Below are positions 16,525 to 24,000 of a DNA stretch of 24,000 bases, one piece after another. The first letter of the stretch is position 1, and every line of letters starts with the position of its first letter. A program made the position numbers and the translations under genes. The stretch is from Kluyvera cryocrescens NBRC 102467 (GTDB lineage Bacteria > Pseudomonadota > Gammaproteobacteria > Enterobacterales > Enterobacteriaceae). The notes under the pieces were generated by a model, which saw only the letters and a list, made by a program, of their open reading frames with translations, was not told the origin of the DNA and did no database searches. The DNA lies in contig NZ_BCTM01000001.1 of the NCBI RefSeq assembly GCF_001571285.1, positions 258,667 through 282,666 of the forward strand. Direction: 5' to 3'.

Positions 16525-17577
16525 TCAGGCAATGGTGACCTTGGTATCGAGGTAAACATCCTGAACGGCATTGATCAGCTGAACGCCGTCAGCCATCGAT
16601 TTTTTGAATGCTTTACGGCCGAGGATAAGCCCCATACCGCCCGCGCGTTTGTTGATAACCGCGGTCCGTACCGCATCTGCCAGGTCAGTTTCCCCGCCGG
16701 CCGCACCGCCGGAGTTAATCAGCCCCGCGCGCCCCATGTAGCAATTGGCCAACTGGTAGCGCACCAGATCGATTGGGTTATCGGTGGTCAGCTTGCTGTA
16801 GACGCGATCGTCGGTATAGCCGAAGTTCACCGCTTTATAGCCGCCGTTGTTTTCCGCCATTTTCTGCTTCACGATATCGGCACCAATCGTGGCAGCCAGA
16901 TGGTTCGCCTGGCCGGTCAGATCGGCCGATACGTGGTAATCGACGCCGTCTTTTTTAAACGCCGGATTACGCAAATAAGCCCACAATACGGTGACCAGCC
17001 CCAGTTCGTGCGCGCGCTCAAAGGCGGCAGAAATCTCTTCAATCTGGCGGCGCGACTCTTCGGAGCCAAAGTAGATGGTCGCCCCAACCGCCACCGCGCC
17101 CATATTGAACGCCTGCTCGACGCTGGCATACAGCGTTTGGTCAAAGGTATTGGGGTAGCTCAGGGTTTCGTTGTGATTGAGCTTCACGAGGAACGGGATG
17201 CGGTGCGCATAGCGCCGCGATACCGAAGCCAGCACGCCGTAGGTAGAGGCCACGCAGTTACAGCCGGCTTCAATCGCCAGCTCGACGATATTTTTAGGAT
17301 CAAAATAGAGCGGATTGGCGGCAAATGATGCCCCGGCGGAGTGCTCAACGCCTTGATCCACGGGCAGAATAGACAAGTAGCCAGTACCGGCCAAACGCCC
17401 GTGATTGTAGAGCGTTTGCATATTTCGCAATACGGCAGGTGGACGGTTGTTATCCACCATCACCCGATCAACATAGTCATGTCCGGGTAAATAAAGCTGG
17501 TCGGCTGGAATGGTCATACAACGATGCTGTAAAAGGCTGTCGGCGTCTTTGCCAAGCAATTGCGTAATATCAGTCAT
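16525..17577 (-). CDS. fbaB: Class I fructose-bisphosphate aldolase FbaB
   Basis: From ATG 17577 the product [40 protein letters not shown]... is 350 aa and near-identical to my memory of E. coli FbaB. The ORF-track start at 17676 adds 33 non-conserved residues and is rejected. Confidence 0.93.
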   Translation of the reverse strand: MTDITQLLGKDADSLLQHRCMTIPADQLYLPGHDYVDRVMVDNNRPPAVLRNMQTLYNHGRLAGTGYLSILPVDQGVEHSAGASFAANPLYFDPKNIVELAIEAGCNCVASTYGVLASVSRRYAHRIPFLVKLNHNETLSYPNTFDQTLYASVEQAFNMGAVAVGATIYFGSEESRRQIEEISAAFERAHELGLVTVLWAYLRNPAFKKDGVDYHVSADLTGQANHLAATIGADIVKQKMAENNGGYKAVNFGYTDDRVYSKLTTDNPIDLVRYQLANCYMGRAGLINSGGAAGGETDLADAVRTAVINKRAGGMGLILGRKAFKKSMADGVQLINAVQDVYLDTKVTIA

Positions 17578-17702
17578 AGCGATGCTCCCGTAAGTGCCGA
17601 CGTTGCGTCGGTCTGAATGTCCCGCCCGAATTTTAGGGCAGCAATAAGTCTGGTCGCGTCTGCACGTTTTTTCCATGATGAAGTCACTTTTAAGTGCAAT
17701 CT

Positions 17703-17718
17703 GCTGGCACGATTCATG
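17703..17718. promoter_or_regulatory. Cra (FruR)-like operator candidate in the fbaB/yegT divergent region
   Basis: GCTGGCACGATTCATG matches 11 of 16 positions of the GCTGAATCGATTCAGC consensus, with one half (CGATTCA) perfect. It lies about 130 bp upstream of the fbaB ATG. From memory, fbaB is Cra-activated in E. coli. Motif match only. Confidence 0.3.
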
Positions 17719-17824
17719 GACAGTAAAGTGTTAAGGCGGTCAAAGTTTCGCCCCAAAGGTATTTTAAAGGTATTACGTAATGGTATTGTCGTGGCGTACC
17801 TTACCTGTCATGAAGGATTTAAAG

Positions 17825-19108
17825 ATGAAAACTACAGTGAAGCTGTCGTTCATGATGTTCATAGAATGGTTTATCTGGGGCGCTTGGTTTGTGCCATTGT
17901 GGCTGTGGCTCAGTAAAAGCGGCTTTACCGCCGGCGAAATTGGCTGGTCGTATGCCTGCACCGCGATTGCCGCGATCCTGTCGCCGATTCTGGTCGGCTC
18001 GTTAACCGACCGCTTTTTCTCGGCACAAAAAGTGCTGGCGGTACTGATGTTTGCTGGCGCTGTTTTGATCTATTTTGCCGCCCAGCAAACCACCTTCAGC
18101 GGTTTCTTCCCGCTGCTGTTGGCCTACTCGCTCACCTATATGCCGACCATCGCGCTAACTAACAGTATCGCTTTTGCCAACGTTCGGGATGTCGAGCGGG
18201 AATTCCCTCGCATTCGCGTGATGGGCACCATTGGCTGGATTGCCTCTGGCCTGGTCTGCGGTTTCCTACCTCAGATGATGGGATATAGCGATATTTCTCC
18301 GACGAACATACCGTTACTGATCACCGCCGGTAGCTCCCTGCTGCTGGGTATCTTTGCCTTCCTGCTGCCGGATACGCCGCCGAAAAGCACCGGTAAGATG
18401 GACTTCAAAGTCATGCTGGGACTGGATGCGCTGGTGCTGCTGCGAGACAAGAATTTCCTTGTCTTTTTCATCTGCTCCTTCCTCTTTGCGATGCCGCTGG
18501 CCTTCTATTACATCTTCGCCAACGGTTATCTCAGCGAAGTAGGTATGCATAATGCGACCGGCTGGATGACGCTTGGCCAGTTCTCTGAAATCTTCTTTAT
18601 GCTGGCGCTGCCGTTCTTCACTAAACGTTTTGGTATTAAAAAGGTATTATTACTTGGTCTTGTCACTGCGGCGATCCGCTACGGCTTTTTTGTCTACGGC
18701 GGCGCGGAACAATACTTCACCTATGCGCTCCTGTTCCTGGGGATTTTGCTTCACGGCGTAAGCTACGATTTTTATTACGTTACCGCCTATATCTACGTTG
18801 ATAAAAAGACTCCGGTGCATATGCGTACCGCCGCTCAGGGGCTCATCACCCTCTGCTGTCAGGGCTTTGGCAGCCTGCTGGGCTACCGCATTGGCGGGGT
18901 GATGATGGAAAAAATGTTTGCTTATAAAGAGCCGGTGAATGGCTTGACCTTCAACTGGGCGGGAATGTGGGGCTTTGGCGCCATTATGATCGCCGTCATC
19001 GCCGTGCTGTTTATGATTTTCTTTCGCGAATCGGATAAAGAGATTACCGCCATTCAGGTGCAAAACGATCCTCGCGATACTGCACTGACACAAGGGGAAT
19101 TGAAATGA
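17825..19108 (+). CDS. yegT: MFS nucleoside:H+ symporter-family transporter YegT
   Basis: From ATG 17825 (AAGGA SD upstream), MKTTVKLSFMMFIEWFIWGAWFVPLWLWLSKSGF... gives 427 aa, near-identical to my memory of E. coli YegT (NupG/XapB family). The longer ORF-track start (17780) is rejected. Confidence 0.9.
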   Translation: MKTTVKLSFMMFIEWFIWGAWFVPLWLWLSKSGFTAGEIGWSYACTAIAAILSPILVGSLTDRFFSAQKVLAVLMFAGAVLIYFAAQQTTFSGFFPLLLAYSLTYMPTIALTNSIAFANVRDVEREFPRIRVMGTIGWIASGLVCGFLPQMMGYSDISPTNIPLLITAGSSLLLGIFAFLLPDTPPKSTGKMDFKVMLGLDALVLLRDKNFLVFFICSFLFAMPLAFYYIFANGYLSEVGMHNATGWMTLGQFSEIFFMLALPFFTKRFGIKKVLLLGLVTAAIRYGFFVYGGAEQYFTYALLFLGILLHGVSYDFYYVTAYIYVDKKTPVHMRTAAQGLITLCCQGFGSLLGYRIGGVMMEKMFAYKEPVNGLTFNWAGMWGFGAIMIAVIAVLFMIFFRESDKEITAIQVQNDPRDTALTQGELK

Positions 19109-20109
19109 AAGCAGAACGTATTCTCGGCGCGCTTTACGGCCAGGCATTAGGGGATGCGATGGGCATGCCATCAGAACTGTGGCCGCGTAGCCGCGTTAAA
19201 GCGCATTTTGGCTGGATTGATCAATTTCTGCCGGGCCCTGCGGAAAACAACGCCGCCTGCTACTTTAACCGCGCGGAATTTACTGATGATACCTCAATGG
19301 CGCTATGTCTTGCCGACGCCATTCTGGAGTGCCATGGACAGATTGATCCGGATGTTATCGGCCGCAATATTCTGGCCTGGGCAGAAGAGTTCGACGCCTT
19401 CAACAAAAACGTGCTGGGGCCAACGTCCAAAATAGCGCTCAACGCCATCCGCGAGGGCAAACCGGTGGCTGAACTTGAGAATAACGGCGTCACTAATGGC
19501 GCCGCCATGCGCGTCTCACCTTTAGGCTGTTTGTTACCCGCGAGCAATCTCGATAGCTTTATTGATGATGTCGCCCTCGCCTCCAGCCCAACGCACAAAT
19601 CGGATCTTGCGATCGCCGGGGCCGTCGTGATTGCGTGGGCGATTTCACGCGCTGTCGAAGGCCATAGCTGGGCAAGCATTGTTGATTCACTGCCGGCGGT
19701 GGCGCGCCAGGCGCAGGAGAAACGCATTACCACCTTTAGCGCGTCGTTGGCAGCACGGCTTGAGCTGGCGCTTAATGTAGTACGCCAGGCTCAGGGAGTC
19801 GAATCCGCCAGCGAACAGCTTTACCAACTGATCGGCGCGGGGACCAGCACCATTGAATCGGTATCCTGTGCCATTGCCATGGTGGAACTGTCCCAGGGCG
19901 ACCCAAACCGCTGCGCGGTGTTGTGCGCCAACCTCGGCGGCGACACCGATACCATTGGCGCAATGGCGACGGCCATTTGCGGCGCATTGGGCGGTATTTC
20001 CGCCATCGACCCGGCCTTGAAACAGCAGCTTGATGAGGTTAACCACCTTGATTTTAACCGCTACGCCATCGCTCTTGCCCAGTACCGAGAGCAACGGGAG
20101 ACATCATGA
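19105..20109 (+). CDS. yegU: ADP-ribosylglycohydrolase-family protein YegU
   Basis: 334 aa with an ATGA overlap with yegT. ARH-family metal-site motifs are present: GDAMGMPSE, EFTDDTSMAL and GGDTDTIGAM. Confidence 0.88.
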   Translation: MKAERILGALYGQALGDAMGMPSELWPRSRVKAHFGWIDQFLPGPAENNAACYFNRAEFTDDTSMALCLADAILECHGQIDPDVIGRNILAWAEEFDAFNKNVLGPTSKIALNAIREGKPVAELENNGVTNGAAMRVSPLGCLLPASNLDSFIDDVALASSPTHKSDLAIAGAVVIAWAISRAVEGHSWASIVDSLPAVARQAQEKRITTFSASLAARLELALNVVRQAQGVESASEQLYQLIGAGTSTIESVSCAIAMVELSQGDPNRCAVLCANLGGDTDTIGAMATAICGALGGISAIDPALKQQLDEVNHLDFNRYAIALAQYREQRETS

Positions 20110-21062
20110 GCCAGCTTGCGCGACTATCAACGCTAAGTAACCAGCGCCAGATTACCGTCGTCGGCGCGGCGGTGATCGACGTCATCGCGGATGCCTACGC
20201 CCTGCCATGGCGCGGTTGCGATATTGAGCTGCAGCAGCAGAGCGTCAATATCGGCGGATGCGCACTGAATATTGCCGTCGCGCTCAAACGGCTGGGGATA
20301 TCAGCGCAAAATGCACTGCCCATGGGTCAGGGCGTGTGGGCGGATATCATTCGCAACACGCTTGCCAAAGAGGGATTAACCAGCGAAATAGATGGTATAA
20401 CCGGGGATAACGGCTGGTGCCTGGCGCTGGTTGAACCGGATGGCGAACGCACATTTATGTCCTTCAGCGGCGTAGAAAACCAGTGGAATGCCGACTGGCT
20501 GGCGCGGCTTTCCATCGCGCCGAACAGCCTGGTGTCACTCTCCGGCTATCAACTCTCTTCGCCCTGCGGCGAACGGTTGGTGGAGTGGCTGGAAGGGTTG
20601 CCGGATGTCACCCCGTTTATCGATTTTGGCCCGCGCATTGCCGATATTCCCACGCCGCTGATGGCGCGGATTATGGCCTGTCGGCCGATCATTTCGCTTA
20701 ACCGCCAGGAGGCCGACATCGCCGCGGAGCGCTTCGCCCTGCCGGCGCAGACGCAGGCATTTGGCCACGCCTGGCTGGAGACATTCAACGCACCGCTGAT
20801 TGTGCGCCACGATAAAGATGGGGCGTGGTATTTCAGCCAGCAAGAAGAGGGGCTGGCGGCACCGTTTCCCACGATGGTTGTCGATACCATTGGGGCCGGA
20901 GACAGCCATGCCGGCGGCACGCTGGCCGGGCTCGCCTCGGGCTGGACGCTGGGTGATGCGGTGCGGCTGGGGAATGCCGTCGCATCATGGGTTGTCGGTC
21001 ATCGCGGCGGCGACTGCAGCCCAACCCGCGAAGAATTACTCCTCACACACAAAAACATATAA
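20106..21062 (+). CDS. yegV: PfkB/ribokinase-family carbohydrate or nucleoside kinase YegV
   Basis: 318 aa with an ATGA overlap with yegU. It has an N-terminal VVGAAVIDV and the PfkB signature DTIGAGDSHAGG near the C-terminus. Confidence 0.85.
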   Translation: MSQLARLSTLSNQRQITVVGAAVIDVIADAYALPWRGCDIELQQQSVNIGGCALNIAVALKRLGISAQNALPMGQGVWADIIRNTLAKEGLTSEIDGITGDNGWCLALVEPDGERTFMSFSGVENQWNADWLARLSIAPNSLVSLSGYQLSSPCGERLVEWLEGLPDVTPFIDFGPRIADIPTPLMARIMACRPIISLNRQEADIAAERFALPAQTQAFGHAWLETFNAPLIVRHDKDGAWYFSQQEEGLAAPFPTMVVDTIGAGDSHAGGTLAGLASGWTLGDAVRLGNAVASWVVGHRGGDCSPTREELLLTHKNI

Positions 21063-21782
21063 ATCGCTGCGGCAGTGGCTGATGCTGTACTCAATCGGCC
21101 GCTGCTGCTGATCAAGCGCCACCTGTTTAATCACCAGCACCGGGATCTTTTCATCCATCTTAATATGCGACTGGAACTCCGCATCCGGCATGCGGGCGCT
21201 GACGCGGGAACGCGTCCGCTGAGGGAAAATATGCCGACTGCGGAAGTAGTCATAGAGAGACACCCCGATCGCATCAGCATCGTCAATTAAGTGCGCGGGT
21301 ACCCAGGACTCTTCGATGGACACCGCTTCATCATCCACGTAGCGAATGCGTTTAAGCAAAAAGACCTCACTGCGCGGCTCAACCACCAACTGCGTGGCCA
21401 CATCATCCGGGCACGGAACGACGCGTTTGTTCACCCAGAGCGTATTTGGCTTCTTGCCGCGTAGCACCACTTGCTGTGAGAACCCGCGCGCCTCTTTCAA
21501 TGAATATTCAAAGATATTATTGATTTGCGTTCCATAGCCGCGGGCACGGGTGACCACACCGTCATCTTCCAGCGTCTGCATCGCTTTACGCACGGTAATA
21601 CGTGACACGCCTGTCAACTGACTCAGATCGCGTTCGCCGGGCAGGATATTGCCATGCTCAAGCCAGCCGCTGCGTACCGCGTTTTTCACCGTTTCGGCAA
21701 ATTTCAAATACAGCGGCGTGTTATCCGCCGCGGCGATACGTTCATTAAGCTGCGCGATTAGCCGGGTATGCGCTTGTTCCAT
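21036..21782 (-). CDS. yegW: GntR/HutC-family transcriptional regulator YegW
   Basis: 248 aa. MEQAHTRLIAQLNERIAAADNTPLYLKFAETVKNAVRSG...LPGERDLSQLTGVSRITVRKAM is a GntR wHTH, followed by a UTRA-type C-terminal domain. It is near-identical to my memory of E. coli YegW. Confidence 0.9.
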   Translation of the reverse strand: MEQAHTRLIAQLNERIAAADNTPLYLKFAETVKNAVRSGWLEHGNILPGERDLSQLTGVSRITVRKAMQTLEDDGVVTRARGYGTQINNIFEYSLKEARGFSQQVVLRGKKPNTLWVNKRVVPCPDDVATQLVVEPRSEVFLLKRIRYVDDEAVSIEESWVPAHLIDDADAIGVSLYDYFRSRHIFPQRTRSRVSARMPDAEFQSHIKMDEKIPVLVIKQVALDQQQRPIEYSISHCRSDLYVFVCEE

Positions 21783-21838
21783 TTATCATTTCCTGGCAGT
21801 AAGTCCTGAGCCAGTATAGGTGGCGAATGGCGCGAAAA

Positions 21839-22639
21839 CTACCACCACTCGTGAAAGTGGTGTACCGGACCAATGCCCTCACCCACTTCCAGCGAATCCG
21901 CCTGCGCCAGCGCCTGCGACAGCCAGGCTTTAGCCACCGGCACCGTCTCTTGCCAACTGTGGTGTCGTGGTCTTAAGGCAGCCAGCGCCGCCGACAGCGT
22001 ACAACCGGTGCCGTGAGTATTTTTCGTCGCCACCCGCGGCGCGGTGAAGCGCATCTCGCCCTCGGCGGTAAACAGCCAGTCCGGGCTTTGTGCGTCATCA
22101 AGATGACCGCCTTTCATCAGTACCGCCTCGCAGCCCATCGCCCGCAGCGCGCGCCCCTGCTCAAGCATTTCCCGCTCGGTGCGCGCATGGGGCGCATCCA
22201 GTAGCGCCGCGGCTTCCGGCAGATTCGGCGTAATCAACGACACCTGCGGCAACAGACGCTGGCGTAGCGTTTCTACCGCCGAGGTGGAGAGCAGCGGATC
22301 ACCGCTTTTTGCCAGCATCACCGTGTCCAGCACCACGTTCTGGATGCGATAACGCGCAAGCCGTTCGGCCACGGCCTCAACGATGTCGGTCTCCGCCAGC
22401 ATGCCGATTTTAGTGGTGTCGATACGCACATCGCTAAATACCGAATCGAGCTGGGCGGCGACAAAATCGGGTTCAATGCGATAAACAGACTGTACGCCGC
22501 GCGTATTTTGCGCCACCAGCGCGGTCACCACCGTGCAGCCGTAGGCGCCCAGCGCAGAGAACGTTTTTAAATCCGCCTGAATACCCGCGCCGCCGCTGGG
22601 ATCGGTACCGGCAATCGTCAATGCATTAATCCGTTTCAT
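21839..22639 (-). CDS. thiD: Hydroxymethylpyrimidine / phosphomethylpyrimidine kinase ThiD
   Basis: 266 aa. [34 protein letters not shown]... is a typical ThiD. ATGA overlap with thiM. Confidence 0.93.
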   Translation of the reverse strand: MKRINALTIAGTDPSGGAGIQADLKTFSALGAYGCTVVTALVAQNTRGVQSVYRIEPDFVAAQLDSVFSDVRIDTTKIGMLAETDIVEAVAERLARYRIQNVVLDTVMLAKSGDPLLSTSAVETLRQRLLPQVSLITPNLPEAAALLDAPHARTEREMLEQGRALRAMGCEAVLMKGGHLDDAQSPDWLFTAEGEMRFTAPRVATKNTHGTGCTLSAALAALRPRHHSWQETVPVAKAWLSQALAQADSLEVGEGIGPVHHFHEWW

Positions 22640-23421
22640 ACTGCTTTCCCCTCATTCATGACATACAGCGCATCGAGAAACGCGGGGATAAAGCTCCCCG
22701 GCCCGCGGCCATGGGCCGCCTGCTGCCCGGCGTATTTCATCAGCGCACAGGCGCCAGCGATGTTTTCCAGCCGATCGCCCGGCAGCGCACAGCAGGCGGC
22801 AACCACCGCCGATAGCGCGCATCCCGTCCCCACCACCCTCGTCATCAAAGGGTCGCCGCCTTGTGCCATCAGCGTGCGCTGACCATCGGTGATGTAATCG
22901 ACTTCGCCGGTCACGGCCACAATTGCCCCGCTTTCACGTGCAAGCCTCTGCGCTGCCGGAAGTGCCGCGGCGGCGGTATCGGTGGTATCAACACCGCGGC
23001 CGCCCGCGCTCTGCCCCTCCAGGGCCATAATCTCCGAAGCGTTACCGCGAATGGCGGTAGGACGCAAAAGCAGCAGATCGCGACAAAAATCGCTGCGCAG
23101 GCTCAATGCGCCGACGGCAACCGGGTCAAGCGTCCAGGGGGTATTGTTGTGATTGGCACTCTCAACCGCGGCCCGCATAGCCTGCGCGCGCGGCTGGGTT
23201 AAGGTCCCGACATTAATCAGCAGTGAGCTGGCGATGGCAGAAAACTGCGCGGCTTCACCGGCATCAATGACCATTGCCGGCGAGGCACCTAGCGCTAAAA
23301 GAACGTTCGCGGTAAAGGTTTGCACGACGTCATTAGTCATACAGTGAACAAGGGGGGTGTGCTGATGAAGAAGCTGGGCAACGCGGGTGCGCTGCGCGGG
23401 ACTAAGCAGGTCGGCTTGCAT
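22636..23421 (-). CDS. thiM: Hydroxyethylthiazole kinase ThiM
   Basis: From ATG 23421 (AGGAG SD 5 nt upstream), [10 protein letters not shown]...[29 protein letters not shown]... gives 261 aa, matching my memory of E. coli ThiM. The ORF-track start (23451) would run into the riboswitch platform and is rejected. Confidence 0.93.
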   Translation of the reverse strand: MQADLLSPAQRTRVAQLLHQHTPLVHCMTNDVVQTFTANVLLALGASPAMVIDAGEAAQFSAIASSLLINVGTLTQPRAQAMRAAVESANHNNTPWTLDPVAVGALSLRSDFCRDLLLLRPTAIRGNASEIMALEGQSAGGRGVDTTDTAAAALPAAQRLARESGAIVAVTGEVDYITDGQRTLMAQGGDPLMTRVVGTGCALSAVVAACCALPGDRLENIAGACALMKYAGQQAAHGRGPGSFIPAFLDALYVMNEGKAV

Positions 23422-23545
23422 GGTTTGCTCCTGCCTAACGCTAAGAAGCAATGACCAGGCGGTCTCTGACTTCCCTACGCTGGCATTATCCAGATCAGGT
23501 GGTACGGGTATTTCTCAGCCCATCATTGATGGGGCACCCCGAGTC
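23422..23545 (-). promoter_or_regulatory. TPP (thi-box) riboswitch controlling thiMD
   Basis: The reverse complement of 23468-23545 reads GACUCGGGGUGCCCC...GGGCUGAGAAAUACCCGUACCACCUGAUCUGGAUAAUGCCAGCGUAGGGAAGUC. This is the canonical thiM TPP aptamer (CUGAGA and ACCUGAUCUGGAUAAUGCCAGCG elements). The rest is the expression platform down to the SD. Confidence 0.92.
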
Positions 23546-23687
23546 ATTCAAATCAAAATCAATTCGTTGCGATTAACCCTGGCTAACCGCAGTCAGGATA
23601 ATGCCAGCAGGAAGCGCGGCAAACAAGCCCTAAAGTCTCCCGGTATCTGCCGAATGGGGATGTAGCCCGAAAATCAGTACCACTGGC

Positions 23688-24000
23688 CTAGCGCTTGCTG
23701 TTTTTTGCGAAATACATGGCGTTATCAGCGTATTCCAGCAGCTGATGTTCGTCGTTACCGTGTTCCGGATAAAGAGCAATCCCAATACTGGGCACGATAG
23801 TCACGCGGTGGCCGACAAGGGTAAAAGGGAAGCGGAATGCCTCGGAAATTTTTGTCGCCATCCGAGCGGCATATTCTGGCAACGGTGCCTCTTGAATCAA
23901 AATAACAAACTCGTCGCCACCGATACGGGCGACGGTATCCGATTCACTCACGCACGCCTTCAGCCGCGCGGCGGCTTCTTGCAGCAGCAAGTCGCCAATG
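23688..24000 (-). CDS. GGDEF-domain protein (diguanylate cyclase), C-terminal part; 5' end outside the window
   Basis: The frame stays open to the window edge (..IGDMLLQEAAARL..). It has an active-site-type motif RIGGDEFVIL and a typical C-terminal ADNAMYFAK. Stop TAG at 23688-23690. Confidence 0.8.
   Translation of the reverse strand, partial: IGDLLLQEAAARLKACVSESDTVARIGGDEFVILIQEAPLPEYAARMATKISEAFRFPFTLVGHRVTIVPSIGIALYPEHGNDEHQLLEYADNAMYFAKNSKR

Noticed and set aside
16394-16561. Roughly 55-codon + strand ORF (GTG/ATG at 16394/16397) in the same spacer
   Set aside because: It has no SD, runs through the REP-like element and into the fbaB 3' end on the opposite strand, and is Arg-rich and low-complexity. 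It is probably not coding.
16474-17328. 284-aa + strand ORF overlapping fbaB
   Set aside because: It is antisense to the highly conserved fbaB and begins inside a REP-like element. The product is Arg/Gly/Ala-rich with no motifs, so I treat it as a shadow ORF.
17578-17676. Longer ORF-track starts for fbaB (17676), yegT (17780), thiM (23451) and yegQ (5150)
   Set aside because: In each case the extra residues are absent from the E. coli orthologues as I remember them. The internal ATG reproduces the orthologue N-terminus and length and has a better-placed SD. The thiM extension would also overlap the riboswitch expression platform.
1-24000. Window-wide look for CRISPR arrays, tRNA/rRNA genes, IS elements, integrases, phage genes or known defence-system signatures
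   Set aside because: None was found. The only tandem or inverted repeats are the hicA palindrome, two REP-like hairpins and the short yegT-upstream repeats. Apart from hicAB, no ORF has the nuclease, ATPase or other motifs I associate with defence systems.

Overview
This looks like core enterobacterial chromosome (Klebsiella/Enterobacter-like proteins, GC-rich by eye). It is syntenic with the E. coli mdtABCD-baeSR ... thiMD region. On the + strand: mdtC (3' part), mdtD, baeS, baeR, yegP, yegQ/trhP, then the sRNA CyaR, which the ORF track cannot show. A small, more AT-rich hicA-hicB toxin-antitoxin cassette (- strand) is wedged between cyaR and yegS. Its promoter region carries a perfect 22-bp inverted repeat. 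After yegS (+) comes a 7.8-kb minus-strand block where, from memory, E. coli K-12 has the gat operon. That block holds an enolase-superfamily (mandelate-racemase-like) enzyme, a complete Dpp/Ddp/Nik-type ABC importer (family-5 binding protein, two permeases, two ATPases) and a trailing family-1 carbohydrate-type binding protein. Then follow fbaB (-), the uncharacterised yegT-yegU-yegV cluster (+), its convergent GntR/HutC regulator yegW (-), thiD-thiM (-) with a TPP riboswitch, and the 3' part of a GGDEF gene (-). I found no tRNA, rRNA, CRISPR array, IS element, integrase or recognisable phage-defence system. The parts most worth a second look are the enolase plus ABC cluster of unknown substrate, the yegTUVW orphan pathway, and the hicAB cassette with its palindrome and its convergent overlap with cyaR. 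All homology statements come from reading the translations and from memory of E. coli orthologues. No database search was run.
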